A stretch of DNA of 64,000 nt, from positions 14,136,001-14,200,000 of the forward strand of contig OZ059899.1 of assembly GCA_964057225.1 (NCBI GenBank), read 5' to 3'. Below, piece by piece: positions 1-12,608 of this stretch. This DNA comes from Auanema rhodensis. Lineage: Eukaryota; Animalia; Nematoda. The position numbers and the translations under genes were made by a program. The first letter of the stretch is position 1; every line of letters begins with the position of its first letter. Below the pieces are notes generated by a model. It was not told where the DNA came from, ran no database searches, and was given only the letters and a program-made list of their open reading frames with translations.

Positions 1-1791
1 CAATTACAGTGAGCACATATTGAAGGTCGACATCACCGCTAATGCGGATATTACAATTACAAACATAGAATGGCTTTTGGTATTATTTTACGTAATCATA
101 TTACAAAATTGAATTATTTTTAGGCTGATGTAATTACTAGTATAACATCTAATGATAATGAGAAAAAACTCGAAGGTTTCTTATTAAATTTATTAATTAT
201 TAATATATTTTTGTTATATTACTTTGCAGAAAGTTTGTCAAGAAATGATATGATCAACTACTGTCATTCTATAATGGTTAATGTTGCTGGTGATGACAAG
301 GAAGTACCGTTAGGAAGAATCGCAATTGAATGGAAACGGTGAGAAAAACCACGTTTTCATACATTTGAATCTGGAAACTACGAGTAATCAAAGGGTTCGA
401 AGGGGAAAGGTATGAAAATTACCTGTTTCTTTTGGGGATGATTAATGTTCAACCGAATAGTGTATCTGATTATGGGTTACTCGAAGAAAATAATTTTCGT
501 TTGGCCACGCTACTCAGTATTCTGTGATGAACGAAAATTAGCATAAAAAACTCGTGGGTGTGTATGTAAAGACAGAAAAAACATATTGCATAACATATAA
601 TTAGAACTTCAAACTTACTTTCAACTTATAATTTTGAACGTTATAACTTTTATCAAGCAACTGTTATATATTTGCTTTTTTTCAGTCAGAATAGTTCATT
701 CACAGTTCGATCTGTGGTGGCCTTATGTCGTTTGCCAGTACTACCCTGTCCCGTATATATTTCTGCTAATGTATTAGATTCTCCAGCTATAGTTCATCAA
801 CCTATACGTATTCAATACCATATTGGAAGTCGTTTAAGTCAGGTGTGTTCCTTGAATGATTATTTTTATTTTTGTTCAAATTGTTTTCCAGGCTATTGAT
901 ATAACAGCAACTTTTGATCTTTCGGACACATACATGTTTTGTGGAGACAAACGGGTATGTTATTGAAGTTATACTCTATTTATAACATCGGATTTAAAAA
1001 TTTCTATTGAATAAATATTCTTTCTCTATAGGTTACCTTCCGACTTCTTCCTGATTCTACTCGACTCATTAATGTAGTAGTGATGGCTTTATCGGCTGAT
1101 CGTTTACCATTTCCAAGAATAGCTTTACGGTATGTTTAGGCATATTCATCAGTATTGCTGAACTTATATTTTCTACTTAAAGATCGAACGGTGTAACAGA
1201 TCATGTACTACAACATACTCTTCGAACATTGCCTGCTACATTATTTGTTTTGGTAAGTAATATAGAGATATATATAAATTTATTCCAAAAAGAAATACGA
1301 AATTAATGAATACAAACTAATCCAATCACTGTGTATACTTTTCATTTTTTTCAATTTTCGGAAATTTATTAAAAAATTTGATATTTTTTATTGAAATTCA
1401 CTGAGAGCAGATTTCGATGCTCCGTTTATTTATCAGCTGAAGATCAATTTCCGGGATTACGCTAAATCAGCACCCTTTGGTCTCTGAAATGAGATTTTTT
1501 GCTTCAATGTCGTTTCCATCCATTTTGGTTTAGAATCCTCTCTCTCTCGTTAGAAACTATAGTTCAGTTTTCCACCTTCAATTCCTTCCGCATTCTGGAC
1601 ATGGTTCATACTCGAAACAGCCCAGTTATAATCACAAATGATTTGCGATAGAGTAGAGAAAATTATAGTCAAATGTTACTTTTGGGCGAAGGAAATTGCT
1701 TAACATCAGATCTACCTAACATATCATATCAACCAAATAATTTTTAACTTTTCAGCCATCTACCAAGACATGCGATGATCCAGATACATAG
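1..1791 (+). CDS. trpp-11: 3' part (5'-truncated by window) of a trafficking protein particle complex subunit 11 (TRAPPC11/Gryzun) orthologue, about 8 exons visible
   Basis: Joining GT-AG exons gives ...EVPLGRIAIEWKR...LPVLPCPVYISANVLDSPAIVHQPIRIQYHIGSRLSQAIDITATFDLSDTYMFCGDKRVTFRLLPDSTRLINVVVMALSADRLPFPRIALR...RTLPATLFVLPSTKTCDDPDT*. This parallels the TRAPPC11 C-terminus as I recall it (ISWKR...SDAFMFSGLKQIRLRILP...IPTSIFVKP). Last exon 1756-1791 ends in TAG. Confidence 0.8.
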
Positions 1792-2357
1792 TCGAAAATC
1801 AGATTAAATTATTTTTTTGTATAGTTCCTTTTCGAGAGTTGTGATATATTTAAAATAAATGAATATATGTATATATAAATATATATATAATTTTATTGAA
1901 CGGGATAAAACTGTTGACTGATTCCAATCTTGTATACCATATACACCCACATCTACAAGCTCCACAATCGAAGTTGTAGCCGGAATGTTTAAGAGGGTAA
2001 TTGAAACGACGACGATTGCTTGTAAGTTTTCAAAATGGCTATAATAGTTTATATATACAATCAGTCGAAATAGATGATAACAAAAATATTAATTATAAAG
2101 AAGATTTCCTAATTTAAGTTTTTTTTTAATTGTTATTGTCTTTCGAGTGACGTACCTAAACTTTTGTATGGTCTACTGCTCCCACCTCTTGCGTAGTTAA
2201 TTTTTTCTTATTAGACCAATGTAATAATATAAAAACTATATTAACCTTTTATTAACAAATAATTTAATAATGTTATTATTAATTAAAAATTGAAAATATC
2301 TACTTTTTCGTCTGTTTGTCTTGTTTTAACACAATCTCTACACAAAAAAAGAACTTA

Positions 2358-2429
2358 GGCCGCGCCCACTTAAGGGGCGGAGCAAAAGTTATAGTTAAAA
2401 TGACAATGACAAAGCAACAGGTATAAATA
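2358..2429 (+). promoter_or_regulatory. Core promoter of the TGF-beta gene: GC-box cluster plus TATA box
   Basis: GGCCGCGCCCACTTAAGGGGCGGAGC (2358-2383) is a GC island in very AT-rich DNA. TATAAATA lies at 2422-2429, about 100 nt before the ATG at 2528. Confidence 0.55.
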
Positions 2430-2527
2430 CTAAAATCCTAGCCCTCAGAATCATCACATTTCTATAAAATCGTCTCAAGCTACTCAGCTATTTCTTATTA
2501 GCTTTTCCTCTGTTCTACGTGTGAAAT

Positions 2528-3611
2528 ATGAAGCTTCTCGTCCTGCTTCTTCTTACCATTACTGCGGCAGCATATCAATGCAGAGATTGTGACCGTCGTC
2601 AGGAAGTCATAGTAAGTTTTTCTATTTTCCAAAAGCTCATTTTTTAAGCTCTTTTGAGTTAAAATAAAATCCGTATAATTTAATCAGTTAGAAAAAACTC
2701 TTCCTTCTTACTGACATTCCTCTTAATCTGTTAAGCCGTTCATCCAACTTTTTGATGAAGTTTCCACAATATTGGCTTCTACCATAAACAGAACAGCAAA
2801 CAGATTGAGATTTAATAAGCGGGGGAGTAATCCTGTAAATTCAATAACTGACGAATATAAAGAAACCCTAAGAGAATCAGCAAACAATGAGAGCCAAAGT
2901 TAGCCAGAAATAGTGATAGATCTTTAAAAATGGGATTAATCCAATACATTATCGTGATTTTTAAACTCTAGAAAGTGTTATTAATAGAAAAGTTTAAGAA
3001 AAGCAACCAATCTTCAACTCAAATCATCTAAAAAATGAAATGCTGTATTCAGCTTCCACGTGAGCAACATCAAATTGACTCAAGCTATTTTGAAGCCGTT
3101 TATATCATATTTTCTATTTTCAACCTGATCTGATAACATAGAAATTTATAAATATCCAAAATCTGAGATTTTGAAGGCTATCAAGCAATTTGGATTAAAG
3201 CTCTTAAATATTTTTTGATTCAATCTCCAATCTACTAGATCAGTATGCTGAGCTTTTTCAACCTCTATTGATCAAAGTTTTCGCAAACTACATTGAAAAT
3301 GCTATTCTCGTATATCGGAAATTTAGTGAATTCGGGTTCCGGATACCTCCCCCTAACCGGAACACTGAAATTAATCTTTTCCAACTTCCTTTTATTTCTC
3401 ATCTGCTGTAGTAGTACAGCAGAGTCTAAACGAGCTGTTACCGTATAAAAAAATATTTGATATCTTGGGGATGAAAAAAATGCGAAGAAGAACTGCTAAC
3501 ATATAAATTTATAAATATACAAAATTATTCTTTCAACAACAATATATTTTGAAAAAAAAAATAACATTAGAAACTCTCTTATACACTCTTATATCTCTTT
3601 CTCTTTCTTTC

Positions 3612-3662
<51 letters not shown>

Positions 3663-6364
3663 CTTGATCTCTTGTCTATCTATCCATCGTTTCCTATCCC
3701 TTTCTCTCATTACTTCGTGTCTCCTTATTTAGATATACACCTCAGGTGCCTCCAAGGTTTTACGTCATCACAATTAATTGCATTTCTCATTTATGAAAAA
3801 TAATCAAAAATAATAAAACATGTAAAGATTCTTGAGATCAATTTTCAGCAATTTCTCAAAAAATGACCCTTCTACAAGTCTGAAGCAATACATATAATTA
3901 GGCAAACTTCTTATCTCTTTTTCAAACCTAAAAACAGTTAATTGGATTAAATTAGATATAATTTATGAGAGTCTTATATGCGAAACAATTAAAATCTAAT
4001 TGTGAAACCTATGTAATCAAGTTATTTTTTCAATGTTCTCTAGTCTTAGAGGAGAACATAGATACTAAAACAGTTGTATTTATAGGATGTTCTCAAGAAA
4101 TACATTCCTCATCCTGATCATACAGGATCGCTGAAAGTTCCAGATCCGTCGCCATTCATCGATGCCAATGCCGTCAGTGTTTTGTGTTGTTATTTTCTTT
4201 TTTTTTCTTTTTTTTCCAAATCAAAAATTGCCTTTTCCTTTCTTTCATCAATTTGAATATAATTTCAGGATTTACTTAGTGCGTATTCGGAAATTGATGA
4301 ATATGAAAATCCTGTGACGAAGAAACTGTTATTGGCATACGATCCATATCGTACGTTTGTCTTCTATTTTTACAAATGTTGGAATAGAAAAATAAAATCA
4401 AAAACTAAATAGTTGTTAAAATGCTCTGTTAGTTTTGGATGTTTTCGAGAGCATTAAGCCGAATTTATCAATTCTGGCTAACCGGTCATGGAATAACGAA
4501 CATACCAAGATCTGATCTATGACATTTTGAAAAAAATCAAAGAACATGACGTTATTCCAACAAATTTTATAATTCGAGTCTCACAATACGGAGAGTTTAT
4601 GTACATTAATAGTTTGTTCTCAGGAGAGATGACCATTTCTGATTCTATTGCCGCCTTCGATCTTAATCCTAAAGTTATCCCATACGAGATAATCCAGGTA
4701 TGTTCCCGTTAATTACCTGAATTTGAAAAATAAAAATCAACACAAATTACAATATGAAATAGAACAACCGCTACCTTCCGCATTAAAATGTAAAATGAAA
4801 TGAGCACGCCACACTTGTGACGTCGTAATTCTGTAAAATGCAAGCCTGTTAGCTTGAGCGCGAAATTTCTTAAATTAAAATAAGAAGTAGACTTTTTAAC
4901 CGAATTGAGAGATATTTAGGCTCGTCTGTTCATTTACATGAATCTCAGAGGACACGAAATCGGACGTAACAGATCTTTTGAAATCAACGTTCATCAAATA
5001 GACAGAGATAATAAGGTTAGACATAATCTTTGATATCATATATCAGTATCACTGATAGCACAATTATTAAAACTGTGACGTAGTATTGAGCATGTTGTTT
5101 AGATATAGCATTTTTCTTTTTCATTCCATTTCATAATTTCTTGATGTCGTTATTTGTTTATCGGGATATAATTTAAAATCAAAATAGAAAACTGGATGTA
5201 TACAAGGCAGTGTCTCTTGATCTTTTTGTGGAAGGATTATTGTAGTTTTTCTTTTCAACAGATTTCAATCTTCTCAATCTCATGATGGCTTCTTCTTCCT
5301 CATCTTCGTTGTCCGTAATGTGATTGTGATTGTGTTTGCACTAAGACTGTTGTGAAGTATGATAATACTCAACTTCACATAAGCTTAATTTCTACTTCAA
5401 CAGATTGTCAAGCTTTTGGCTCATAAGACTACATCTATCGAAACCCCAGCCTTTGTCATTATTGATCTTGCTCCAGAGGATATGGAGAGGTAGGCAATAC
5501 CTAATGAAAACAAGACATTGACAAGAGAGACATTACTTGTCTGGCAGGAAGATATCGGTCAAACTTCAATCGAGATTAATAAATCTTGCCGCTATTTTAA
5601 AAACAGAACAGCGATTATCTCTATCATCTAACAATTATCTTTTTGTTCCAGCTGGAGAAGAAATAACGGATTTGGACTTACCGTTGAAGCTTTCATTGAT
5701 GGTCGTAACGTAGCCGTTCATCCTCAAGATGATATGGAAGAAAGAGTAAGATTATACCAACTTCTATGGCATTTGTTATATTTATCTCAAAATCCAGAAC
5801 ATGATGTTAGACCTTTCTGTTAGAGGGGTTGACAAATCTCGGACCAGACGTAGTAACGACTTGTGTGGTTACGGTATTACCAATGGAACATGCTGCCGTG
5901 AAGACATGGTGGTCAGTCTTTCTCTTCCTTGCACTATGTTTATGTCAACTTCATTCTTCAAAAACTCGCTTTATAGGTTAATTTCCGCGAAATCGGATGG
6001 GACTTTGTGATATCTCCAGGCTATTTTAACGCCTACAAATGTGGCGGAGCGTGTGATAAAATTTCAACGGTTAACTATATTACTTTTCCTAAAATAACTT
6101 CGAAACATGCTTGCAGACCAATCTCCGCTTCAGCCACTCTGTCGTCACACAACGTCGTCATCCTGGCAGTCTGTGCTGCCATGCTGTTGAGTGAGTAAAC
6201 TTGCCCCTTCCACATGTTTAACTTTAATGTAATATTCAAATGAACTTATTTCAATGCTTTCTTTCAGATATACACCACTCCGCCTGCTTTACCGCAACTC
6301 TGACAACTCCTTGACCGTCGCTATGATTAACAACTTGGTTGCTTCAAAGTGCAGTTGTGGTTAA
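2528..6364 (+). CDS. daf-7: DAF-7-like TGF-beta family ligand precursor (signal peptide, prodomain, furin site, 9-Cys mature domain), about 11 exons
   Basis: Exon 1 MKLLVLLLLTITAAAYQCRDCDRRQEVI contains a signal peptide. Prodomain motif EAFIDGRNVAVHPQ resembles DAF-7 AMLDGRNVALHPQ. Cleavage site RTRR. Mature domain SNDLCGYGITNGTCCREDMVVNFREIGWDFVISPGYFNAYKCGGAC...SLCCHAVEYTPLRLLYRNSDNSLTVAMINNLVASKCSCG*, with TAA at 6362-6364. Family assignment is firm; exact orthology versus paralogy is not. Confidence 0.85.
3615..3659. repeat. (CT)n microsatellite in intron 1 of the TGF-beta gene
   Basis: About 22 uninterrupted CT units. Confidence 0.95.
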
Positions 6365-7444
6365 TGACAACATTTGAGATTGATAAGGCGATCTACTTAA
6401 ACAAAACTATGAATATACTTAACCACCCATAATCCATTCGTCGTTTATTAGTAGTATTAATATCGTGATAATGATACAGGTCCTCTTTGATATTAAATTT
6501 GCCTATTGAATGCTTGACTTATAAAGTTGATTGAACCAATTAAATGATAAACAGAAACTTGTTTTTATTTTATTTTCTGGCACCAGCATTCGATATTTGA
6601 AAGAGAAGGATAGAGCATCAGAAGCCAAGCAGTGTATCAGATTACATGAATGTGGTGTTTCAAACGTATGAACTAACATACTGACAGAGTGGAAGTTGTA
6701 AATATAATTCTTTAAATACTGTAATTGTAATCAGATGTAAACATGAAAAACAAATGCGAAGCTCTGCTTTATATATATTATAATAATATATGCATGACAT
6801 TATAATTTAAAGTCTAACCAACGAGTATTAATGAGGAAAAGCAGGAAAATTAAAAACTATAGGTAGAAGAAGAATAAAACTTTCTGTGCAACACGAAGCT
6901 ACACGAGAAAATCAGTTTTCAATTTACAGATTATGGCGCACCAAATGAAAACCGGAAAATAAACTTCTTTAAGCAGCGTATGACCTACTAGAATTCGAAA
7001 AAAACAGCAACAATAGCTAGAAGAAGGATTTGTTTCACAACGATAATCGAGAAGTGAGCGTGAACAAGAAGATGGTGAATATAAAGAATTAGAAGGAAAC
7101 AACGACGGCGATAAAGAGGGATAAGAGTTGGATGTGTATAGTAAGTCGTGCAACGACATGAAAAGGGAGGCCGATGATGATGATAATTTGGATGAAGAAG
7201 CAGTATCGTCTAGGAAGACGAACGACAAAAAGGAAGACGAACAACTTTCAAAAAAATACATTGACCCTACATTAGATCTGCTTTTGCTAACAACAGGTAG
7301 AAAGCGTTGCACACAAAAAGCTTTTCAAATAATTAAAGACCGAAACCTCTATTTTGAAACTGTACATTGGATGTATGGATTTAGAATATATATAATAATA
7401 CTCTATTCCAATCGTAACTAAGCAAAGCAGCATAATAGTTCATT

Positions 7445-9959
7445 CTATCGACATTCCCATACTTTACAAGTAGTATCTACACTTCCTGTGATAACATAAG
7501 GAGCGTTTGGATGAAAATCTGAAAATAATTGTTTAAAAACAGGATTAATATGAAGTACACTGACCTAATGATGTCACGAAATGTTGATGAGCATCAATTG
7601 TCTTAGAGCAACGACGAGCTGCTAGTTCCCAAATCTATAAATAGGATATTTATACATTTAAGATTATTATAATCACAAACCCTAAGTGTTTTATCATCGG
7701 CTACGGAAAGCAGATACTTTCCTCGAGGATGGAATTTTAATCCTCGAACCCAATTGTCATGTCCAATTAAATTGAAAAGAACAGTTCCTGACATAGCATC
7801 CCATACCTGCAAAATATTGAATAAAACAATATAAGAAGAGAAATTAGATAATAAAAACCATACCTTAATTGTTTTATCACGAGAACCACTGACAATAACA
7901 TAAGGTTGAGCAGCAGCATCACCCATAGATTTACCATCTTAAAGAAAAACACATTAATTTTATCAAAACTATCAATCATTAAATCAATAAATAGAAACAT
8001 ACTTTCTGATCGAATAGGCTCCAACGCTGTTTCTGGAGCCCATTCTAAGCATTCAACTACATTTTCGTGGTCTCGCAGAGTAGCTTTAACGGATTTGCTT
8101 TGTAAAGACCAAACAATTACAGACTTAAATTGATAAACAAAGGTTAAAATGATAACTTAAACAAAAAACCTGATCAATGCTAGCAGTTGCGAAAAGGCTT
8201 CCGTCAGGATGAACTCTGATCATTCTGACCCATTCAGAATGAGCCCGGAAAGTATGAACACAATATCCTGTCTCGACCTATCAAACATATTTATAAACTG
8301 AGAAAGGGATAATTATATTTTACCTCCCACATCTTAACAGTATGATCCCTACTTGCAGAAAGAATAAAATCACCGGAAGGAACAAAGCAAACAGATGAAA
8401 TGTTGTGATCATGTCCCTTCAAAACTAATATTTAACAGAGACGAAATGAAAACTTAAATCAAACCTTCATCGTTTTCAATGCTCCATAAGCCCCTCCGAA
8501 TTCCCACAATTTGATGGATAAATCAGCAGAACATGAAACTAGAAAAGAGAAGTAAATTTTAAAAAGATTGAAAGTTGATTTACCCAGCAGCTTTCCTGTT
8601 TTGTCGAACGCAACATCTTGGACAGCGTCCGTGTGTCCTTTGAGTGATCTTTCAAACTCGCCAGACTCATAATCCCATATCTGTAATCCATCAGAATAAT
8701 TTTTACGATAAGATTCGCATTAATACCTTTATTGTTGTATCTTCACTGCAACTAGCCATTACTGCCCAGAAAGGATGGAAGACGACCCTATTGATCGGCA
8801 TTCTGTGTCCAGAAAGACTATATCTTTCTGGAGGACGTGGGATCCAATCTCCAGGTTGACGCTTATCTCTGAAGATAGAAAAAAATAAATCTTTATATAT
8901 AAAAAGCAAAAACATACCTGGATGGTGCTCCATGATTGATTTCTCTTTCCGTTTCCGACAACTTGGATTCTAAGTCATTCACTTTCTTTTGTAGGCGAAG
9001 AACTGAAGTCCACTTCTTTTCAAGGATTCCGGAAAGAACTTTGTCATTTTCTCCCTGAAAAAAAAAACAAAATATGATGGCAATAAAGCAAATCAACTCA
9101 CAACTCCAGCTTCTCCCCGGAAAACTTTCAAGGTTTCCATATACCCATTGGTTTGCAAATAATCGGCAACTGCCCGGTTGCTGAAAAAGAATGTTTAATC
9201 GTTTCTCCTTCTATACTAAGTTTTTTTTTATGAATTTCAAGCACGTTGTGTAATTAATGCCACAGAACCAGCGAGCACATAAGAGTCATCGCTCCAAATG
9301 CTCATCAATAGCAAGAAACGTAATTGTTTTTGGGTCCTCTTCGCCTTCAATATAGCTGCATCACATTGGCACAAGGCCCTCATATAATGTAATTTAGCCG
9401 TATGAAACAACGTCAAGCGAGAACTGCTAAATCGATATTGCTGAATGGACAGAAAAAATCGTGAATCGTTATGTCTTCATCATGCTCCAAATTTCTTGAG
9501 TTTAAGAGATCGATCTGCTGAACAGAACAGAGCGAGAGGAAACGGCTTCAGATTCACGCAATCAATGCACCATAGACAAACAAAGAACGAAAGGCGAATT
9601 CATTATTCAGTTAGATAGTGTTGCAAGAAAAACATTGTATTTTGCAGTATTAATAATATATTGCGATCTGATCAACATTTAAGTTGTGAACCATCAATGG
9701 TATTAGCTTTAGGAAAGTACTAACAATGAGTAATCAACAGGTGGTTAATTGTTCTATGAATATTGGGCAAGATGATCATGGTTAATGAAATATATAAGCA
9801 ATTGTGTTAAGTTTTTCCTAATATATATCAAGATATATAAAAATAAATATATTTATATTTATATTTACATAAATTGCAGAAAGAAGGAAGATATATACAT
9901 TTATATATGAATAAAACTTACATTTCTTCTCGAACTTTGTCGGAAATATTCATCTTCAT
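7445..9959 (-). CDS. lis-1: LIS1/PAFAH1B1 dynein regulator (LisH, coiled coil, WD40 repeats), about 13 exons
   Basis: Spliced translation [13 protein letters not shown]|[13 protein letters not shown]...[23 protein letters not shown]...[26 protein letters not shown]...[12 protein letters not shown]...[28 protein letters not shown]...[13 protein letters not shown]. These are hallmark LIS1 sequences. ATG at 9959 (alternative 9953), TAG at 7445-7447. Confidence 0.97.
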
Positions 9960-10027
9960 AATACGAGCCACAAAGGGCAAATATATATAAAAATCTTAAA
10001 TACTCAAACTGATGATGGAAAAGCCGT

Positions 10028-10041
10028 CTTGCTATGGAAAC
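10028..10041 (-). promoter_or_regulatory. X-box-like (RFX/DAF-19) motif upstream of lis-1
   Basis: Minus strand reads GTTTCC-AT-AGCAAG, one mismatch from the consensus GTHNYY-AT-RRNAAC, 69-82 nt upstream of the lis-1 ATG. Confidence 0.55.
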
Positions 10042-12608
10042 AACCCGTATCGAAGATAGCACCTTAAATCAACTAGACTGTGGCTCTTTTTTACTTTCTG
10101 GCTCTAGCGACGCAACACGCGCTGCGAGAATACTGTAATTAGCAGTGGTCCATTAATCAATCCATAATGATCATAATCAGATATAAACGATGCAATAAAC
10201 ATAAATATCATAAATGAGTAATAATATTGATGATAGGTCACAAAGTGATATAAAAATTAAAAAAGATACAAAAAAGTGGGGGAAAAAGGGGAAAAAATGC
10301 TTTTTTTTGATCGTATTGTATGAATTTCCCATCAGATTTAGAAATTGTTTGGACATGAATATGTGACGGTTCATTTCAATCAAAGTTACGAAGTTTGACC
10401 AACAAATGTTTTTTCTACGAGAAAAACGTAGAAGTTATCAAATAAATAAAACTGATTAACAATGCTAAGAAACATAGATTGTTGTTTAAGCACCTTCTCT
10501 AATCAAACATTGCTTCTGGAACGGTGAAAATTGAAAATTTTGAATTGACTAAGCTTATGTTGGCTGGAATGTGGAGGCAAGCTGAAATTACTTGTTCTCC
10601 ACCATAAAACACTTTAGAAATTCATTCAAATTACAAGGAAATTGCTATGCATTCATATGCAGATCTTTTATTCGTCTTCAGCAATTCGCCATATAATCAA
10701 AATATCTTGTCGTTTCTCGTAAATTTTTTTGAAAATTTATCTATTCTTTGTTATAAGCACACAGCTACAGTCACACACATTATCTTTGACAGGATGTTAA
10801 GTCATCTACGCATAGAATAAACAATACGTTTTCATATGATTTCCTTTTATGGAAATCAATTCAGTTTTGTCGGATTGTTGTTTTTGCTTAGCAAAAACTG
10901 TGAACAAAAACAAGGACCACATGCACATTACGTAGCTCTTGAGCAATAAATGAAATCAATTGAACTAAAGCACTTGGAAAGTAATCTCCTAGGTTACGAA
11001 AAATCTCAAGATTTCTACTTGAAAAATAAATGTTGAACTGGAAAAATTATGATCAAACAGCATTGTCTTCTAGTGTGCATCTCATTTGTTTTCTCAATCT
11101 AGATCAATATTGGATTAATAATGTTCATAAATTGTTAAAATGAAGACTTTTGAACATCTCTGTCACTCTTAAAATTTCCCTCGGGTACATTCTTAATCAG
11201 TTGGTTACGGATCTCTCACAAAAAAGGTCGAGTACCTCCCTTTAGATGCAGTGTTGTAGCTTTCAAAAAAAACGAAAAAAAAAAACAACAAAGAAATAAA
11301 TGAATAAATTGAATTCTTCACAATTTATATAGGAATAGTGTATGCAGATGGCAAATCATCTAACGAGTCAATTCTATGATTTTCAAGCAGGTAGTTCAGA
11401 ATTTCTCGAAATCGCCGGCAGAATGGTTGGAGCATAAGTGTTTTATGCTCCGTTTTCTTCTTCTAATCGAAATGTTGTAGATATTCCCTTCTCCCTTTCT
11501 CTACCCTGGCCGTCTGTCTCTCTGAAGAAACCATTCAATTGTTCTCTTTTCTCGTTCATTTTCCTTTTTGAACTTCACTTCTCAGCTGTCACATTTACCG
11601 TATAAGTCATCGCGACGAGACCAAATTATGAAGTTTGTTGACAGACAGTCATTTTTGACAGATCGTCTTTCTAACATCATATGCTAGAGCCACAAAATAA
11701 TTATTGTAATAATAAATTTATATATTTATATATAACTCCTTTATTTCTGCCGTGAAGAAACGCTTAGAAAAAGAAAACAAAATTTTAACACCATATATGG
11801 AAAAATAGAAAAGTACAGTTAGTCATAAGAGAGGGGGAGTTTTAGGGTTTTCTGTACACAAGGAATGCCTACGAAGCTAAAATAGAAATTATGGATTATG
11901 CTAATAATAGATGAATAATAGAAATTATTATATATATCTAGGCACAATGGTGATTCGTGTCTATGGAGAAAAAAAAGTATAAGATATTCAGTATCTGATT
12001 GTATTTATGATTTTCATTATTAATTTAATTAATATGCGTAAAAATGTGTGATGAGTTAAAAGGTGGGGTGGGTATAGAAAGTAATAGTATAAGGAATACA
12101 ACACATTTTAAAGAAAAATAAGTTGTTGAAGGATTGTTTGCACATTATAAATGACTTAGACATTTGATAAAGCATTTCAGACGGTTACAACGAGTCAGAA
12201 ATCTCAATGGTACCCACACAAGGCTCGTTCATATGACAAGATAAACTCAGCAAAAAATAGGTTTAGCATTCAGAAAATTACATGAAAAATGGAAGGAAAC
12301 ATGAATGAAAAACATAGTCAATAAGAAAAAAAGCAATGAAAACGAAGAGCCGTAAAAAAGGAACACAAGATGCTGCAAAAAGAATGGCTTTATTAGCCTT
12401 AATGGTCATGTTTCAACGAGCCGATTCCAATTTGGGAAAGGGGAGGGAGCAAGACGGGATGTCGCGTGCATTATACTTGGAGGGTGTGTCGAATTTGTCT
12501 TATTTTGGGATCAACTATATCAACTATTATTTGAAGAAGTGTCTCTGTCTCAAAACATAGTTGAGTTTTATAGAAAAGCATAGATTTTAATCCAAGATAT
12601 GAATTCAA

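Noticed and set aside
6899-7421. Overlapping 137-aa (-) and 97-aa (+) ORFs between the TGF-beta gene and lis-1
   Set aside because: Low-complexity S/F- or D/E/K-rich translations of purine-skewed sequence directly after the lis-1 stop; most simply the lis-1 3' UTR.
9240-9600. GC-richer block in lis-1 intron 1 with TGATGA (box C-like) words on the sense strand
   Set aside because: No suitably placed box D (CTGA) or terminal stem, so a snoRNA cannot be supported.
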